A DNA stretch of 32,000 bases, from assembly GCF_051097895.1 (NCBI RefSeq), contig NZ_CP142525.1:360001-392000 (forward strand), read 5' to 3'. Position numbers and translations under genes: made by a program. Shown piece by piece: positions 27,558 to 32,000 of this stretch (position 1 is the stretch's first letter; each line of letters begins with the position of its first letter). A model generated the notes under the pieces. That model did no database searches and was not told the DNA's origin. It worked only from the letters and a program-made list of their open reading frames with translations. This DNA comes from Psychrobacter sp. HD31 (GTDB lineage Bacteria > Pseudomonadota > Gammaproteobacteria > Pseudomonadales > Moraxellaceae).

Positions 27558-28259
27558 ATGAGTCAATCAAAAGTTTATGAAAGTGCCGAACAAGCACTTG
27601 CCGATGTAGTGACAGATGGACATACATTGGCTATTGGTGGATTTGGGCTTTGTGGTATACCTGAAGCACTGATAGAAGCGTTAAGGGATAGTGGCAAAAA
27701 AGAGTTAACTTGTATCAGTAATAACGCAGGCGTCGATGGATTTGGGCTTGGTTTATTGTTAGAGACTCGTCAAGTTAAAAAAATGATTTCATCTTATGTT
27801 GGTGAAAACAAAGAATTTGAGCGTCAATTTTTGTCTGGAGAGCTAGAAGTCGAACTTACCCCACAAGGCACACTTGCAGAAAAATTGCGAGCCGGTGGTG
27901 CTGGCATACCCGCCTTTTATACAGCCACTGGTTATGGGACACAAATAGCTGAAGGTAAAGAGACACGTGATTTTGATGGCAAAAATTATGTTATGGAGCG
28001 CTCTTTAACGGCAGATGTGGCACTGGTTAAAGCACAAAAAGCGGATAAAGCGGGTAACCTTATTTTTAACAAAACTGCGCGTAACTTTAATCCACCTTGT
28101 GCAATGGCAGGCAAAATAACCATTGCAGAAGTAGAAGAGATTGTAGAAGTTGGAGATATTAACCCAGATGAAGTGCATCTGCCTGGTATTTTTGTACAAC
28201 GTATCGTACTTAATGCTAACCCAGAAAAGCGTATCGAAAAAGTAACAACAAAAGCTTAA
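27558..28259 (+). CDS. scoA: 3-oxoacid CoA-transferase subunit A
   Basis: 233 aa. [10 protein letters not shown] and [45 protein letters not shown] blocks. AAGGAG Shine-Dalgarno. Confidence 0.9.
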   Translation: MSQSKVYESAEQALADVVTDGHTLAIGGFGLCGIPEALIEALRDSGKKELTCISNNAGVDGFGLGLLLETRQVKKMISSYVGENKEFERQFLSGELEVELTPQGTLAEKLRAGGAGIPAFYTATGYGTQIAEGKETRDFDGKNYVMERSLTADVALVKAQKADKAGNLIFNKTARNFNPPCAMAGKITIAEVEEIVEVGDINPDEVHLPGIFVQRIVLNANPEKRIEKVTTKA

Positions 28260-28294
28260 TTAAACGTATCAATTAAATTTAAATGGAGTTAAAA

Positions 28295-28930
28295 ATGCCT
28301 TGGAATAGAGAACAAATGGCACAAAGAGCAGCTAAAGAGCTGCAAGATGGATTTTATGTTAATTTAGGTATCGGTTTACCAACCATGGTTGCAAACTACA
28401 TTCCTGATGGGATGGATGTTTGGTTACAATCAGAAAATGGTTTGCTTGGTATTGGTGAGTTTCCAACTGAAGATAAAGTTGATGCAGACTTAATTAATGC
28501 TGGTAAGCAAACAGTAACGGCACAAACTGGTGCCAGCTTTTTTGATAGTGCCAACTCATTTGCCATGATTCGTGGCGGGCATGTGAATCTTGCTATTTTA
28601 GGTGCAATGGAAGTATCTGAAAAAGGCGACCTTGCTAACTGGATGATACCTGGCAAAATGGTAAAAGGTATGGGCGGCGCAATGGATTTGGTTGCCGGTG
28701 TACAACGTGTGATTGTGTTGATGGAACAAACCAACAAACATGGCGAGCCAAAAATTTTATCAGAATGCCAATTACCACTGACAGGTACAGGGGTTGTTAA
28801 TCGAATTATTAGTGAACTTGGCGTTTATGATGTAACCGCAGCGGGTTTAAAATTGATTGAACTTGCTGAAGGTATCACTTTTGAAGAAGTACAAGAAAAA
28901 ACACCAATTAAGGTAATCGATGGGCTTTAA
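28295..28930 (+). CDS. scoB: 3-oxoacid CoA-transferase subunit B
   Basis: Start moved to Met5 of the tracked ORF (GGAG at 28285-28288, 6 nt upstream). Catalytic-Glu motif LQSENGLLG and GAMDLVAG. Confidence 0.9.
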   Translation: MPWNREQMAQRAAKELQDGFYVNLGIGLPTMVANYIPDGMDVWLQSENGLLGIGEFPTEDKVDADLINAGKQTVTAQTGASFFDSANSFAMIRGGHVNLAILGAMEVSEKGDLANWMIPGKMVKGMGGAMDLVAGVQRVIVLMEQTNKHGEPKILSECQLPLTGTGVVNRIISELGVYDVTAAGLKLIELAEGITFEEVQEKTPIKVIDGL

Positions 28931-29033
28931 ACACATCAATTAATCTTATCTTAGTTTTACTAAGGTAAGTAACTGACATTGGTTGTTTTTTTTGTAACTA
29001 AATGAATTTATAGCAAACTTTTTTAGTTGCATT

Positions 29034-29062
29034 TTGACAAAAAACAACATTCATGATATAAA
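29034..29062 (+). promoter_or_regulatory. candidate sigma70 promoter for the acyl-CoA synthetase / liu genes
   Basis: TTGACA (29034-29039), 17-nt spacer, TATAAA (29057-29062). Confidence 0.5.
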
Positions 29063-29105
29063 ATTTTTGCAAGTGTTTAAAGTGAACAGTCGTTTTTAAG
29101 AAAAC

Positions 29106-29140
29106 TTTTTATAATCATCATGGATATGTGATTATAAAAA
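29106..29140. repeat. perfect 12-bp inverted repeat in the leader (candidate operator)
   Basis: TTTTTATAATCA (29106-29117), 11 nt, TGATTATAAAAA (29129-29140), about 45 nt downstream of the candidate -10. Confidence 0.35.
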
Positions 29141-29291
29141 AACTTATAAAACATGGAGTTTGTAAGTATTTTAAACCTTAATATATGTTAAACCGTTTGT
29201 GGTTATGGATAATCAAACGTTGCAAGTTAAGGTCGCTTTTATAAAAGCTGATTAAAAAACCAATAAACATAATTTTTGAAAGGATTCAATT

Positions 29292-31037
29292 ATGACCAGA
29301 GCAACTTTATTAGACTCTTTGCAGTCTGTGCAAATGGGTGCTACCTCCGCTAATGCGCCTCTCACCAAAAGCTATGACAAGGGTCCAGAAACCCATTTAA
29401 TCGATGCAACCATTGGTAATTTTTTTGATGCCGTTGTTGATAAATATCCAGAGCGAGAAGCTTTGGTATCGGTTCATCAAAATGTGCGTTGGACATACAA
29501 ACAACTGCAAGAAAAAGTTAATCAGCTGGCAAGTAGTTTTATTAACATGGGGTTAGAAAAAGGCGGCAGAGTTGGCATTTGGTCGCACAACAATTATGAA
29601 TGGCTGCTTATGCAACTTGCCACTGCTAAAGTGGGCATTGTTTTGGTTAATATTAACCCAGCTTATCGTGTATTTGAGCTTCAATATGCGCTTAATAAGT
29701 TAGGCTGCTCTGCATTGGTATTAATGCGTCACTTTAAAAGCAGTGATTATGCCAATATGATTAAAGAGCTTTGCCCAGAAATTTTACACAAAACCTATAA
29801 TCAATTAGATTTAGTGGAAGTCCCAACGGTTGAACGCATTATTTGGATTGATGAACCCGGTAATGAAGAAGACTTTCCCTATATGCAAAAATTCTCTGAC
29901 TTTTTAGCAGAGGGTGATGCTAATGATTACCGAGTGGCACGCAGACAAGCACAATTGGATGTACACGACTCAATTAATGTGCAGTTTACCAGTGGCACAA
30001 CAGGCACACCAAAAGGTGCAACTTTAAGCCATCATAACATTTTAAATAACGGTTATTTTATTGGCGAGGCAATGAACTTAACCTGTGATGACCGTTTGTG
30101 TATTCCTGTTCCTTTGTATCATTGCTTTGGTATGGTGTTAGGCAATCTCGCTATTATGACCCACGGTGGTACCATTGTTTATCCAAATGATGGTTTTGAA
30201 CCCATTAGCGTATTAGAAACGGTGCAAAATGAAAAATGTACCGCTTTGCATGGTGTGCCAACCATGTTTATTGCTGAGCTTGACCATCCAGACTTTGATA
30301 AATATGACCTATCAACCCTACGCACCGGCATTATGGCAGGCTCAAGCTGTCCAATTGAAGTCATGCGTCGTGTGATTGATAAAATGCACATGAGTGAGGT
30401 GACCATTGCCTATGGTATGACAGAAACCAGCCCAGTATCGTGCCAAACTAATGAACATACGCCAATTGAAAAACAAGTATCTACGGTTGGGTTAGTACAA
30501 CCAAATATCGAAGTAAAAATAGTTCATCCAGAAACTGGTGACGTTGTAGATATTGGTGAAACAGGTGAGTTACTTACCAAAGGCTACAGTGTGATGAAAG
30601 GCTATTGGGGTAGCCGTAAAAAGACTCGTGACTCTATCATCGACGGTTGGATGCATACAGGTGACCTAGCCACAATGGATGAAGACGGTTATATTAAAAT
30701 TGTTGGGCGTAGTAAAGATATGGTCATCCGTGGTGGTGAAAATATCTATCCAGTAGAGATAGAAAACTACCTCTATCGTCATCCAGATATTTTAGATGTG
30801 CAAGTGGTTGGTGTACCAGATGAAAAATATGGAGAAGTGCTAGCTGCTTGGGTGATTAGCAAAAAAGGGCATGATTTGACTGAAGACAATGTGCGTGATT
30901 TTTGTAAAGACCATATTGCGCATTACAAAATACCAACCTATATTCTTTTTGTAGAAGAGTTTCCGATGACGGTCACTGGCAAAATCCAAAAGTTCAAGAT
31001 TGTTGAAACCATGAAAGAAGAATTAGGTATTTCTTGA
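29292..31037 (+). CDS. AMP-dependent acyl-CoA synthetase/ligase
   Basis: 581 aa. AMP-binding signature [37 protein letters not shown] and a C-terminal GKIQK lysine. Confidence 0.9.
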   Translation: MTRATLLDSLQSVQMGATSANAPLTKSYDKGPETHLIDATIGNFFDAVVDKYPEREALVSVHQNVRWTYKQLQEKVNQLASSFINMGLEKGGRVGIWSHNNYEWLLMQLATAKVGIVLVNINPAYRVFELQYALNKLGCSALVLMRHFKSSDYANMIKELCPEILHKTYNQLDLVEVPTVERIIWIDEPGNEEDFPYMQKFSDFLAEGDANDYRVARRQAQLDVHDSINVQFTSGTTGTPKGATLSHHNILNNGYFIGEAMNLTCDDRLCIPVPLYHCFGMVLGNLAIMTHGGTIVYPNDGFEPISVLETVQNEKCTALHGVPTMFIAELDHPDFDKYDLSTLRTGIMAGSSCPIEVMRRVIDKMHMSEVTIAYGMTETSPVSCQTNEHTPIEKQVSTVGLVQPNIEVKIVHPETGDVVDIGETGELLTKGYSVMKGYWGSRKKTRDSIIDGWMHTGDLATMDEDGYIKIVGRSKDMVIRGGENIYPVEIENYLYRHPDILDVQVVGVPDEKYGEVLAAWVISKKGHDLTEDNVRDFCKDHIAHYKIPTYILFVEEFPMTVTGKIQKFKIVETMKEELGIS

Positions 31038-31042
31038 TAGAT

Positions 31043-31070
31043 TTAACCTAATCCTTCCTCATTAGGTTAA
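31043..31070 (+). other. perfect 10-bp stem-loop between the acyl-CoA synthetase gene and liuB
   Basis: TTAACCTAAT-ccttcctc-ATTAGGTTAA. No following T-run, so not a classical terminator. Confidence 0.4.
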
Positions 31071-31126
31071 GGACTGACTTCGCAAAGAAAACGAACGCTT
31101 TTAAAACATCAGGAAGAATACAGAAA

Positions 31127-32000
31127 ATGACGCACCCCATTAACAGCAAAATTAGCCCAAACTCAGCCGAATTTAAGCAAAATGCCCAAGCCATGCAACA
31201 AGTGGTGGATGACCTACATCAGCACTTAAGCAAAATTGCCCAAGGTGGCTCAGAGCGTAGCCGAGCCAAACATTTATCTCGTGGCAAACTCTTGCCTCGT
31301 GAGCGTGTGGAGAAACTCCTTGACCCAGGCACGCCATTTCTTGAAGTGGCACCGATGGCAGCGCATGGCATGTATGATGCTGACATTCCAGCCGCGGGGG
31401 TCATTGCTGGCATTGGGCGTATTAAAGGCATCGAATGTATGATTGTCTGTAATGATGCGACGGTCAAAGGTGGTACTTACTATCCAATGACAGTTAAAAA
31501 GCACCTACGTGCGCAAGAAATCGCCACCCAAAACAATCTCCCTTGTGTGTACCTTGTAGACTCAGGCGGTGCAAACTTACCCAACCAAGATGAAGTCTTC
31601 CCAGACAAAGAACATTTTGGACGCATCTTCTATAACCAAGCCAATATGTCTGCCCAAGGCATCCCACAAATTGCCGTGGTTATGGGTAGCTGTACCGCTG
31701 GGGGTGCTTATGTTCCTGCAATGAGTGACGAATCCATCATTGTTAAAGACCAAGGCACTATTTTCCTTGGGGGACCGCCATTGGTAAAAGCTGCCACTGG
31801 TGAAGAAGTTAGTGCCGAAGATTTAGGCGGTGGTGATGTGCATACCCGTCTATCAGGCGTGGTTGACCATCTCGCTCAAAATGACACTCACGCCCTGTCT
31901 ATCGCACGGGATATCGTTGGTAACCTTAACAAACCAAGTAAAATCATCCCTAATCAACAAGCTTCACGACCACCAAAATACGACAGCAAAGAACTGTACG
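31127..32000 (+). CDS. liuB: methylcrotonoyl-CoA carboxylase carboxyltransferase (beta) subunit, 3'-truncated by the window edge
   Basis: Not in the ORF track because it is open at the window end. ATG 31127 translates to [23 protein letters not shown]...[21 protein letters not shown]...[25 protein letters not shown]...[12 protein letters not shown]...[14 protein letters not shown], the canonical MCCase/PCC beta pattern. Confidence 0.9.
   Translation, partial: MTHPINSKISPNSAEFKQNAQAMQQVVDDLHQHLSKIAQGGSERSRAKHLSRGKLLPRERVEKLLDPGTPFLEVAPMAAHGMYDADIPAAGVIAGIGRIKGIECMIVCNDATVKGGTYYPMTVKKHLRAQEIATQNNLPCVYLVDSGGANLPNQDEVFPDKEHFGRIFYNQANMSAQGIPQIAVVMGSCTAGGAYVPAMSDESIIVKDQGTIFLGGPPLVKAATGEEVSAEDLGGGDVHTRLSGVVDHLAQNDTHALSIARDIVGNLNKPSKIIPNQQASRPPKYDSKELY

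Noticed and set aside
1-32000. CRISPR arrays, tRNA/rRNA/tmRNA genes, IS elements, toxin-antitoxin pairs or known anti-phage systems
   Set aside because: Reading the intergenic regions showed no spaced direct-repeat arrays, no T-loop-like GGTTCGA motifs, no transposase- or integrase-like ORFs and no small overlapping gene pairs. This was a scan by eye, so tRNAscan-SE, Infernal and ISfinder/DefenseFinder runs would be needed to exclude them formally.

Overview
This is a 32-kb chromosomal segment from an AT-rich, gammaproteobacterium-like genome; I cannot place the taxon by eye. Housekeeping genes dominate both strands: an S49 peptidase, an alpha/beta hydrolase, a CPBP protease, acpH, dusA, metZ, ybaB-recR-dusB, rnd, gcvT-gcvH and a separated gcvP, ycgL, a MoxR AAA+/VWA pair, tag, metG, scoAB, an acyl-CoA synthetase and the start of liuB. 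I found no rRNA or tRNA gene, CRISPR array, transposase, integrase, or recognisable defence or toxin module. The one clear RNA element is a tandem glycine riboswitch ahead of gcvT. The main leads are: (1) aptamer 1 of that riboswitch has a ~140-nt P2 region (30 nt in aptamer 2) containing a ~70-bp internal duplication; (2) the glycine-cleavage genes are split by a strong terminator after gcvH and a ~2.7-kb AT-rich four-gene insert (GGCT-like, EmrE-like SMR, nitroreductase-like, HExxH lipoprotein) before gcvP; (3) an AT-rich islet between rnd and gcvP carries a MarR regulator, two 18-bp palindromic operator candidates and a doubly deleted NfsB-type nitroreductase remnant; (4) a ~28% GC orphan ORF overlaps the dusA start (ATGA); (5) a MoxR-VWA pair with a non-canonical MIDAS motif is followed directly by tag. 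None of these is a demonstrable new system. They are leads that need database and comparative checks I cannot run here.
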